NCBI GenBank assembly: GCA_963798915.1
Contig: CAWCVB010000001.1
Location: 224,001 to 288,000 of the forward strand
DNA length: 64,000 nucleotides
Source of the DNA: an uncultured Gemmatimonadales bacterium
Lineage (GTDB): Bacteria; Gemmatimonadota; Gemmatimonadetes; Gemmatimonadales; GWC2-71-9
Reading direction: 5' to 3'
Part shown: one piece after another, positions 13,360 through 21,175 of the stretch
How positions within the stretch are numbered: the stretch's first letter is position 1
Layout: every line of letters begins with the position of its first letter
Notes under the pieces: generated by a model
Databases searched by the model: none
What the model saw: only the letters and a program-made list of their open reading frames with translations
Told to the model about the DNA's origin: nothing
Made by a program: the position numbers and the translations under genes

Positions 13360-14973
13360 ATGCTTCTCCGTCCCGCCATCGCCGGCCCCTTCCGCACCGA
13401 CCAGCGCGCGCGCGCTGCCTACTCGGAGGGCGCGGGCATCTATCGGATCCTTCCGGAAGCGGTCGCGGTGCCTCGGACGACCGCCGACCTCCGGGCGCTG
13501 CTGGCGTGGGCATCGACTCACGGCCTGGCCCTGATTCCCCGGGGGGCCGGCAGTGCCATGGGAGGCGGCAACGTCGGGAGCCATGTGATCGTGGATCTGA
13601 CCGCGCTGGATGATCGCTCGCTCAGCATCGACGCAGGTCGCGCCCGCGCCCGCACCTCTGCGGGCGTCACCTGCGACTCGCTTCGCGCCGCCGCCTCGCA
13701 GCACGGCCTCCGGCTGCCGCCCGATCCCTCCAGCGGCCGCTGGGCAACGCTTGGCGGCATGGTCGCTACCAACGCCTCAGGCGCCCGCTCGGTGCGCTAC
13801 GGCAGTGTTCGTCCCTGGGTTGATGGGCTCACCCTGCTGACCACCGACGGCGAGACGCTGCAGCTTGAGCGCGGCAAGCCGGCGCCGGGAAGCGTGGCCG
13901 CCGTCAAGCGCTTCGAGATGGGCGCGGCACCCGCCATTCGGCAGGCGGAGTCGCTCATCCGCTCCAGCTTTCCTCATACCAGGAAGAATTCCAGCGGGTA
14001 CGCACTCGATGCCTGGCTCAAGTCAGGTGACCTGCTCGATCTCTTCATCGGATCCGAAGGAACGCTGGCGATCGTGACGGACATCGAATGGCGGCTGGAC
14101 CCTGTGCCGTCAACCACGGTGGCGCTGCGCGTCTCGCTGGCGTCGCTCGACATGCTGGCAGATGCGGTGGGCAGCCTGCTGGACCACCGGCCGTCTGCCG
14201 TGGAAATGCTCGACCGCACCTTTCTTGGCCTGGTGGCTTCGCGCTTCCCTGACCTTCCCGATCTCCAGCGACTCGACGCAGTGCTGCTGGTGGAGTTCGA
14301 GGCGGCGAGCGCGGACGAAGCATGCGCCGCGGCGAGCGCGGCTGCGGCCGCGGTGGCGCCCTTTGCCGAGCGGGTGGAGTCCGCGCTGAGCGATGGCGAA
14401 GTGCAACAGCTCTGGGCGCTTCGCCATGCTGCAAGTCCCATCCTCGCCCAGCTTCCCGAGTCACGGCGCTCGCTGCAGGTGATCGAGGATGGCTGTGTCC
14501 CGGTGGCGCGGCTGGGCGAGTATGTGCGCGCGGTGCGAGATGCGGCGGTCAGGCACGACCTCGAGGTGGTGCTGTTCGGGCACGCGGGCGATGGGCACCT
14601 GCACTGCAACCTGCTCCCCGACGTCAACAGCGATGGATGGGAAGCGCGGGTGGCGGCGCTGCTCGACGACGTGACCGATGCCGTGGTGCGGCTCGATGGA
14701 ACCCCGAGTGGCGAGCATGGGGATGGCCGGCTTCGCGCTCCCCTTCTGCCTCAGGTGTTCGGCGGCGAACTGCTGGATCTCTTTGGCAAGGTGAAGCGGG
14801 CATTTGACCCCGATGGTATCTTGAACCCCGGCGTCAAGCTGGGGACGGCGCCACCGGTGGCGGATCTGAAGGTGGGCCGCCACGCCGCACCGATTCCGGA
14901 TGACATTGCCCTCGCACTTCGCGAGATCGAGCGCAACGCGGGGTACGCGGTGAGCCGGCTGGAATTGGTCTAG
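13360..14973 (+). CDS. FAD-binding oxidoreductase (GlcD/D-lactate dehydrogenase-like)
   Basis: PRGAGS, TLGGM, GSEGTL, GHAGDGHLH, GEHGDG, FDPDGILNPG. Confidence 0.9.
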   Translation: MLLRPAIAGPFRTDQRARAAYSEGAGIYRILPEAVAVPRTTADLRALLAWASTHGLALIPRGAGSAMGGGNVGSHVIVDLTALDDRSLSIDAGRARARTSAGVTCDSLRAAASQHGLRLPPDPSSGRWATLGGMVATNASGARSVRYGSVRPWVDGLTLLTTDGETLQLERGKPAPGSVAAVKRFEMGAAPAIRQAESLIRSSFPHTRKNSSGYALDAWLKSGDLLDLFIGSEGTLAIVTDIEWRLDPVPSTTVALRVSLASLDMLADAVGSLLDHRPSAVEMLDRTFLGLVASRFPDLPDLQRLDAVLLVEFEAASADEACAAASAAAAAVAPFAERVESALSDGEVQQLWALRHAASPILAQLPESRRSLQVIEDGCVPVARLGEYVRAVRDAAVRHDLEVVLFGHAGDGHLHCNLLPDVNSDGWEARVAALLDDVTDAVVRLDGTPSGEHGDGRLRAPLLPQVFGGELLDLFGKVKRAFDPDGILNPGVKLGTAPPVADLKVGRHAAPIPDDIALALREIERNAGYAVSRLELV

Positions 14974-15000
14974 CGGCTCGGCGGCCGAAGCGCACCTCGC

Positions 15001-15036
15001 GACCCGCAACCCGCAACCCCTGAACCCTCAACCCCA
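15001..15036. repeat. Heptamer tandem array (ACCCGCA-like)
   Basis: gacccgcaacccgcaacccctgaaccctcaacccc just before thyX. Confidence 0.6.
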
Positions 15037-15042
15037 CGCCCC

Positions 15043-16878
15043 ATGGAAATCTTCCGCTCGCCCCGTGTCACCCTGATCGGCCGCCCGCAGTTCGTCGAGC
15101 CGGCCCACCTTCCGGTCACCTGGCAGGGCGACTCGAGCGATGGCGAGCGACTGGCCGAATTTGCCGGTCGGCTCTGCTACATGAGCCAGCGCAATCCGGC
15201 CAATCGCACCACGGCGGAGTACCTGCAGAACATCCTGAAGCAGGGCCACGGCTCGGTCTTCGAGCACGCTCAGTACGTGCTCCTGGTCGAGGGGATTTCA
15301 CGCAGTTGCAGCCATGAGCTGGTGCGACACAGGGCTGGCTTTGGTTACTGCCTCGCGGGTGATACTGAGATCTACAGTGAGCATCGCTGGGGCAATCGCC
15401 GGAATGGCACCAGGCGGCGGACGATCCGGGACATCTTCGAGATGAGCAAGACTGCGCATGGCAGGTCTCGGCTGAAGCTCTTGCGGCTCCGGTCTCTCGA
15501 TGAGAAGTCCGGCGCTTTTACCGTCGGCAAGGTGAGGGCGGTAGCTCATTCGGGCACCAGGCCGGTATTCCGGGTGGAACTCGAGGACGGCAAGGCCGTT
15601 ACCTGCAGCAAGGATCACCGGTTCCTCACCCCAACGGGCTGGCGACGCCTGGAGGATATCGTAGGTCTCGGAATGACCAACGAGGGGACCGCCACGTGGA
15701 CGCGGCGGGACACCGAGATCATGGTCAACGGGATCCCTGCAGTTCATGACCGGGACTGGCTGTTCCGCCACTACGTCGAGCTGAATCTCTCTCAGAAGGA
15801 GATCGGCGAGATCGCGGGAGTATCCCACCATACAGTACGGAGCTGGGTGCGACGGAACGGCCTGCAAAAGCCACTCGGGTCCTGGACAGTGGGTCGAGAG
15901 CCGTGGAATAAAGACCGCCGATACAGGGCCGGCTGGCACCACTCTACTGAGACGCGCGCGCAACTGAGTGCGAATAAACTGGGGGCACGTAATCCCCAAT
16001 GGCGAGGCGGCACCACCCGGCAAGGTGTTGCAATTCGCAAGATGGCAATGAAGCACCGAACCATCGTGTATCAACGTGACGATTACACCTGTAGGCTTTG
16101 CGAATGCCGCGGCGGCCGGCTGACGCTCCATCATCTGCTACCCATCTGGCTGCGGCCGGACCTGGCCGCAGACATCGACAACCTGACGACACTCTGCCGC
16201 AGTTGCCACCACTCGCTCAATGGACGCGAACTGGAGTACGTCGAGCGGCTCGGAGCGAGGCTGGAGGCGTCCGCATTGGCGACCACACCCCAAAAGGGCC
16301 GTGGCAATCTCATGGTTCCCCGGCCCCGTCGGATCGTGCAGGTCACCTACGCCGGTGAGCAGGAGACTTTCGACCTCGAGACGGAGGGACCAAACCACAA
16401 TTTCGTGGCCAACGGTATCGTCACCCATAACTCCCAGCTTTCCCAGCGCTACGTGGACGAGTCCCATGCCGCCTTCGTCATGCCGCCCGCCATCCAGGGC
16501 GACGCCGAGCTGGAGCGGGATTGGGAGACGCAGGTAACCGACGCCCAGGCCGCCTATGTCAGGGCTGTCGAGCATCTCATGACGCGCTATGAGTGGGTGG
16601 AGAGCAAGGTCCACCGCCGGAAGATGGCGCGCGAGGCGGCGCGCAGTGTGCTGCCCAACGCCACTGAGGTGAAGATCGTGGTCAGCGCCAATGTCCGGGC
16701 TTGGCGCACCATGCTCGAACTCCGGCTTGGCGAGGGAGCGGAACTCGAAATCCGGCGCCTGGCAGTCGAGATCCTGGCGGCACTCAGAACCGAAGCGCCG
16801 CACCTCTTCGGCGACTTCGAGATCTACCGCGCCGACGATGGCGCCGACGCCGGACGGGTCGGATTCCACAAAGTCTGA
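15043..16878 (+). CDS. thyX: FAD-dependent thymidylate synthase ThyX, intein-containing
   Basis: AGRLCY, GHGSVFEH, ISRSCSHELVRHR...SQLSQRY, AREAARSVLPNA; 250-aa extein. Confidence 0.95.
   Translation: MEIFRSPRVTLIGRPQFVEPAHLPVTWQGDSSDGERLAEFAGRLCYMSQRNPANRTTAEYLQNILKQGHGSVFEHAQYVLLVEGISRSCSHELVRHRAGFGYCLAGDTEIYSEHRWGNRRNGTRRRTIRDIFEMSKTAHGRSRLKLLRLRSLDEKSGAFTVGKVRAVAHSGTRPVFRVELEDGKAVTCSKDHRFLTPTGWRRLEDIVGLGMTNEGTATWTRRDTEIMVNGIPAVHDRDWLFRHYVELNLSQKEIGEIAGVSHHTVRSWVRRNGLQKPLGSWTVGREPWNKDRRYRAGWHHSTETRAQLSANKLGARNPQWRGGTTRQGVAIRKMAMKHRTIVYQRDDYTCRLCECRGGRLTLHHLLPIWLRPDLAADIDNLTTLCRSCHHSLNGRELEYVERLGARLEASALATTPQKGRGNLMVPRPRRIVQVTYAGEQETFDLETEGPNHNFVANGIVTHNSQLSQRYVDESHAAFVMPPAIQGDAELERDWETQVTDAQAAYVRAVEHLMTRYEWVESKVHRRKMAREAARSVLPNATEVKIVVSANVRAWRTMLELRLGEGAELEIRRLAVEILAALRTEAPHLFGDFEIYRADDGADAGRVGFHKV
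15349..16431 (+). mobile_element. Intein (361 aa) with HTH, NUMOD3-like motifs and HNH homing endonuclease
   Basis: Begins CLAGDT after RHRAGFGY; block B CSKDHRF; ends FDLETEGPNHNFVANGIVTHN before Ser; internal RDDYTCRLC...HH...NLTTLCRSCH. Confidence 0.93.
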
Positions 16879-16910
16879 GCGCCAGTCGGTCAATTTTTTT
16901 CGAATCCAGC

Positions 16911-16948
16911 GCGCCGGGAGGCAGGTCACCAGCCTCCCGGCGCATTTT
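16911..16948 (+). terminator. Intrinsic terminator after thyX
   Basis: GCGCCGGGAGGC-9 nt loop-GCCTCCCGGCGC followed by ATTTT. Confidence 0.7.
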
Positions 16949-16964
16949 CGTTCGCCGTTTTCTA

Positions 16965-16993
16965 TTGTGTACTGATAAAGGATTTCTTACTTT
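16965..16993 (+). promoter_or_regulatory. Sigma70-like promoter of the ATP-grasp/KamA operon
   Basis: TTGTGT-N17-TACTTT in an AT-rich patch. Confidence 0.6.
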
Positions 16994-17064
16994 AACTGCG
17001 TCGGCGTAGCTCCAGTTCGCGCATGGCCGGATAGTCGCGACGGCCTTCACTGCAGGAGACGCCT

Positions 17065-18171
17065 TTGGCAGTTCGGATCGGACTCGCCTATAACCTGAAA
17101 CCTGATTCTCCGGCTCACGCAGCCGGAGCCGCCTCCGAGTCTCCCTCGTCGGGCGTCGCCACCAACCGCCTCCTTCGTTCCGACCTCTCGCAGCCTGACC
17201 TCTACGCCGAGTGGGATGAGCCCGCCACCATCGACGCGGTGGAGCGTGCGCTCGCCTCCGTCGGCCAGGTCATCCGGCTGGAAGCGACCGACACGTTCCC
17301 GGCCCGGCTCGCTGCCGCGCGGCCCGACTTCGTGTTCAACATCGCGGAGGGGCTGTACGGTCCCAACCGGGAAAGCCACGTCCCCGCCATCTGCGAATTC
17401 TACGGCACGCCGCACCATGCCTCCGACGCACTGACCCTGGCGCTCTGCCTGCACAAGGGCCGGGCAAAGGAAATCATGGTCCAGCATGGCGTGCCCACCG
17501 CGCCCTTCATCCTCGCGCGCTCGCGGACCGATGCCCGCAACTGCACCCTGTCATTTCCGCTCTTTGCCAAGCCAGCGTTCGAAGGGTCCGGCAAGGGCGT
17601 GAGTGTCCGCAGTCTCTGCCACAACCGGGCCGAGCTGGTCGAACGGGTCGAGCAGCTGCTTGCCACCTATCACCAGCCGGTGCTGGTGGAAACCTGGCTA
17701 CCGGGGCTCGAGTTCACCGTCGCCGTCATCGGCAATGGCGCAGAGGCACGCTGCTTGCCCATCGTCGGCATGCGGTTCGACACCTTGCCGCCCGGCGCGC
17801 CGCCGATTTACGGCTACGAGGCCAAGTGGCTCTGGGATACGCTCGACCAGCCGCTCGACATCTACGACTGCCCGGCCGCCATCCCCGAGGAGCTGGCGGT
17901 CCAGGTGCGACGTGCGGCGCTCTCGGCCTACCAGGCGCTGGACTGCCGGGATTGGTGCCGCATCGACGTGCGCTGCGACGCCACCGGCCAGCCGATGGTG
18001 GTCGAGCTCAACCCGCTGCCGGGCATCCTGCCTGACCCGCGGGACAACTCCTGCTTCCCCAAGGCGGCGCGCGTCGCGGGGATGGAGTACGACGACTTGA
18101 TCCGTACCGTGGCTGACATCGCGTGGCGCCGCATCAGCGGCCGCTCGCTCCTGACCGGGGCGGCGGCGTGA
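17065..18171 (+). CDS. D-Ala-D-Ala ligase-like ATP-grasp enzyme 1
   Basis: FNIAEG, KPAFEGSGKG, EFTV, RIDVR, ELNPLPG; TTG start with SD AGGAG. Confidence 0.9.
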   Translation: MAVRIGLAYNLKPDSPAHAAGAASESPSSGVATNRLLRSDLSQPDLYAEWDEPATIDAVERALASVGQVIRLEATDTFPARLAAARPDFVFNIAEGLYGPNRESHVPAICEFYGTPHHASDALTLALCLHKGRAKEIMVQHGVPTAPFILARSRTDARNCTLSFPLFAKPAFEGSGKGVSVRSLCHNRAELVERVEQLLATYHQPVLVETWLPGLEFTVAVIGNGAEARCLPIVGMRFDTLPPGAPPIYGYEAKWLWDTLDQPLDIYDCPAAIPEELAVQVRRAALSAYQALDCRDWCRIDVRCDATGQPMVVELNPLPGILPDPRDNSCFPKAARVAGMEYDDLIRTVADIAWRRISGRSLLTGAAA

Positions 18172-19202
18172 AGGTTGCCATCATCTACGACGCCGGCGGT
18201 GATGACTGGACCGCCCGCGACGTGGCGGCGGTGCGCGGCAACGTGAACGAAGTGCGGGACGTGCTGCGGCTCCGCGGCCACGAGGTGGAGTCCATCGCCG
18301 TCCGGCTCGGCGATTTTCGCTGGCTGTCGCGCGCCCGCCGGGCCGACCTGGTCATGAACCTCTGCGAAGGCGTCGGCGGGCGAGCCCGCTACGAGGATTC
18401 GGTGGTCGCGGCGCTCGAGCTGGCCGACACGCCCTTTACCGGGCCGCGTTCGTGGCCCATCACGCTCTGCCACCGGAAGCACGTAGCCAACACCCTGCTT
18501 CAGTCGGCCGGGCTGCCGGTGCCCCGCTTCTTCCTGGCGGAAGGCAATCGCATCCCAGCCGACGCGCCGCTGCCGGCCATCGTCAAGCCGGCCGCGGAAG
18601 ACGCCAGCGTGGGGATTGACGGCGGTGCCGTGTGTACCACTCGGAAGGCCTTGCGCGAGCGGGCATCGCGCATCCTCGAGCACTTCGACGACGTCATGGT
18701 GCAGGCCTACGTGGCAGGCCGGGAGTTCAACGTCGGCTTCGTCGGGACCGAGATGCTGCCGATCTCTGAGATCGATTTCGCCGGGATGCCCGAGGGCAGC
18801 TGGCCAATCGTCACCTACTCGGCCAAGTGGGATGAAGCGCATCCCGAGTACGACGGCACGACGCCGGTCTGTCCCGCCGCCATTCCCGCCGACCTCGCCC
18901 GCCGGATCGGCAAGGTGGCGCGTCAGGCATGGATGCTGATGTCCGGTGGTGAAGGGTACGGGCGCGTGGACCTCCGGCTGGATGATCAGGGACAGCCATG
19001 GGTCATCGAAGTGAATCCCTGTCCCGACCTGAGCAGCGATGCGGGCCTTGCCCGCATGGGTCGCGCCCACGGCTGGGACTACGGCGAACTGGTCATGCGG
19101 ATCGCGGATGAGGCGCTCACGCGCTCCCGCCACATGCGGGCTGCCACCGCACTGACGGCCGGCAAGAGCGCGGCCGAGGCGGCGTGGCGACCGGAGGCCT
19201 GA
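18168..19202 (+). CDS. D-Ala-D-Ala ligase-like ATP-grasp enzyme 2
   Basis: NLCEG, KPAAEDASVG, REFNV, RVDLR, EVNPCPD; GTGA overlap with the previous stop. Confidence 0.9.
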   Translation: MKVAIIYDAGGDDWTARDVAAVRGNVNEVRDVLRLRGHEVESIAVRLGDFRWLSRARRADLVMNLCEGVGGRARYEDSVVAALELADTPFTGPRSWPITLCHRKHVANTLLQSAGLPVPRFFLAEGNRIPADAPLPAIVKPAAEDASVGIDGGAVCTTRKALRERASRILEHFDDVMVQAYVAGREFNVGFVGTEMLPISEIDFAGMPEGSWPIVTYSAKWDEAHPEYDGTTPVCPAAIPADLARRIGKVARQAWMLMSGGEGYGRVDLRLDDQGQPWVIEVNPCPDLSSDAGLARMGRAHGWDYGELVMRIADEALTRSRHMRAATALTAGKSAAEAAWRPEA

Positions 19203-19690
19203 CCCTGCGGCCTGCCCGCGCCGGTGATCGCGTCGGTGTCGAGGCGTTCATGCGGAACATCGGGCTCTTCCGCCCGGATGAACTACCGGTGGCGCTCGAG
19301 GTGTTTGATGCGGCGGTCGGGGGCGATGCCTCCTATACCGCGATGGTGGCCGAGCAGGATGGACGCCCGGCCGGTTGGGCGTGCTGGGGACCGACCCCTT
19401 GCACGCTGGGGACGTACGATATGTACTGGCTGGCTGTGGATCCCGCCCTGCAAGGGGCCGGGGTCGGCGGCCGGCTCGTGGCAGAGATGGAACGGCGGCT
19501 CGCGGGCTCCGCCCGGCTCATCGTCGTGGAGACGGCCGGGCGTCCCGACTATGCGCCAACTCGTGCCTTCTACGAGGCACGCGGCTACCGCAGGACCGCC
19601 ACGATACCGGGCTTCTATGCCCCGGACGACGACCTCGTCGTGTACGTGAAGAGCCTGACATCGAGCGCCGACTCACAGGAGGACGGGTAG
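19184..19690 (+). CDS. GNAT-family N-acetyltransferase
   Basis: YWLAVDPALQGAGVG acetyl-CoA motif, FYEARGY. Confidence 0.9.
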   Translation: MATGGLTLRPARAGDRVGVEAFMRNIGLFRPDELPVALEVFDAAVGGDASYTAMVAEQDGRPAGWACWGPTPCTLGTYDMYWLAVDPALQGAGVGGRLVAEMERRLAGSARLIVVETAGRPDYAPTRAFYEARGYRRTATIPGFYAPDDDLVVYVKSLTSSADSQEDG

Positions 19691-19694
19691 CATC

Positions 19695-20870
19695 ATGGAG
19701 ACTTGGCAGGAGATACTGCGCAGGAACTCGATCCACAGTCTCGAGCAGCTCGCCGAGCGATTCGGTCCGGAGAACTTCCCGGAACTGGACCGCCTGCGGA
19801 TCGCGGCCGAGAACTTCGAGTTCCGGATCTCGCCGGCCATGGCCGACCTGATCAAGGAGCCGGATGACCCCATCTGGCGCCAGTTCGTGCCGTCCGTCGA
19901 GGAACTCGAGATCGTGGACGGCGTGGCCGATTCGCTCAACGAAGATGCGGACAGCCCGGTGCCCAACATCACGCACCGCTATCCTGATCGGGCCCTGTTC
20001 CTGGTCTCTCCCGTCTGCGCCAGCTATTGCCGGTTCTGCACCCGGCGGCGCAAGGTGGGCGACCCCGAAAAGATCCCCATGTCGCAGTTCGAGAGTGCCT
20101 TCAAGTACCTGGAAGAGCACACTGAAATTCGCGACGTCATCATGTCGGGCGGCGACCCGCTGCTGCTTTCGGACCGCAGGCTCGATCTCATCCTGGCCCG
20201 GCTGCGCGCCATTCCCCATCTGGAGATCATCCGGATCGGAAGCCGCATCCCGTGTCACTTGCCCGAGCGGATCACCCCGGAGCTGTGCGAGGTGCTCAAG
20301 CGGCACCACCCGCTCTGGATCAACACGCATTTCAATCATCCGGACGAGCTCACACCCGCCGCGGTCAAGGCCCTCGGCATGCTGGCGGACGCCGGCATCC
20401 CCCTCGGCTGTCAGACCGTGCTTCTCAAGGGCGTGAACGACGACCCGGCGGTGATGATGCAGCTGATGCACCGGCTGATGCAGGCCCGGGTCCGCCCCTA
20501 CTACATCTACATGGCCGACCAGGTGGCGGGCGCCGAGCACTTCCGCACCACGGTCCAGACCGGCATCCGCATCATGGAAGCATTGCGCGGCTGGACCAGC
20601 GGGCTCGCCAATCCGCAATTCGTCATTGATGCGCCCGGAGGCGGCGGCAAGATTCCGCTGCTGCCGGAATATGTGGTGAGCATGACGGACGAAGAGGTGG
20701 TCCTGCGAAACTTCCGGGGCGACCAGTACGTCTACAAGCAACCGCAGGAAGACCTGGCGACCGTGGGCAACTCGGGACCGGAATACCTGTTCCAGCCCAA
20801 GAAGTCACGCAAACGGGCGGTGAAGAACGTCAAGACCAGCGCGGTCAAATCGAAGCGCAAGACCGCCTGA
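19695..20870 (+). CDS. kamA: KamA-family radical SAM enzyme (lysine 2,3-aminomutase-like)
   Basis: THRYPDR, CASYCRFCTRRR, SGGDPL, NTHFNHP, DAPGGGGK. Confidence 0.9.
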   Translation: METWQEILRRNSIHSLEQLAERFGPENFPELDRLRIAAENFEFRISPAMADLIKEPDDPIWRQFVPSVEELEIVDGVADSLNEDADSPVPNITHRYPDRALFLVSPVCASYCRFCTRRRKVGDPEKIPMSQFESAFKYLEEHTEIRDVIMSGGDPLLLSDRRLDLILARLRAIPHLEIIRIGSRIPCHLPERITPELCEVLKRHHPLWINTHFNHPDELTPAAVKALGMLADAGIPLGCQTVLLKGVNDDPAVMMQLMHRLMQARVRPYYIYMADQVAGAEHFRTTVQTGIRIMEALRGWTSGLANPQFVIDAPGGGGKIPLLPEYVVSMTDEEVVLRNFRGDQYVYKQPQEDLATVGNSGPEYLFQPKKSRKRAVKNVKTSAVKSKRKTA

Positions 20871-20920
20871 TCGGGATGGGCGGGATGGGGCGGGATGGGC
20901 GGGCCGACGCTCGCCCACAC

Positions 20921-21014
20921 GTCATTCCCGCGAAAGCGGGAATCCATGAGGGCTCACCCGGACCAAGTCGCCATGAGCGAGCCTCTCATGGACCCCCGCC
21001 TGCGCGGGGGTGAC
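20921..21014. repeat. 94-bp GTCA...TGAC double-hairpin repeat (CGTC-tagged, dRS3-like)
   Basis: GTCATTCCCGCGAAAGCGGGAATCCAT...ATGGACCCCCGCCTGCGCGGGGGTGAC; inverted homolog at 53039-53132. Confidence 0.85.
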
Positions 21015-21046
21015 GATCGGACGAGCGTCGGCCCTCTCGACCTCCC

Positions 21047-21160
21047 GACCCTCGACCCTCGACCCTCGACCCTCGACCCTCGACCCTCGACCCTCGACCC
21101 TCGACCCTCGACCCTCGACCCTCGACCCTCGACCCCTCGACCCCTCGACCCCTCGACCCC
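21047..21160. repeat. (GACCCTC)12 followed by (GACCCCTC)3
   Basis: Counted directly. Confidence 0.95.
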
Positions 21161-21175
21161 GCCACCCGCCACCGC

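Noticed and set aside
17065..19202. Van-type glycopeptide resistance or housekeeping ddl
   Set aside because: No vanH/vanX/vanRS or mur/fts context; coupled instead to GNAT and KamA
19695..20870. EpmB for EF-P beta-lysylation
   Set aside because: No efp or epmA nearby; PGGGGK motif and length fit KamA proper
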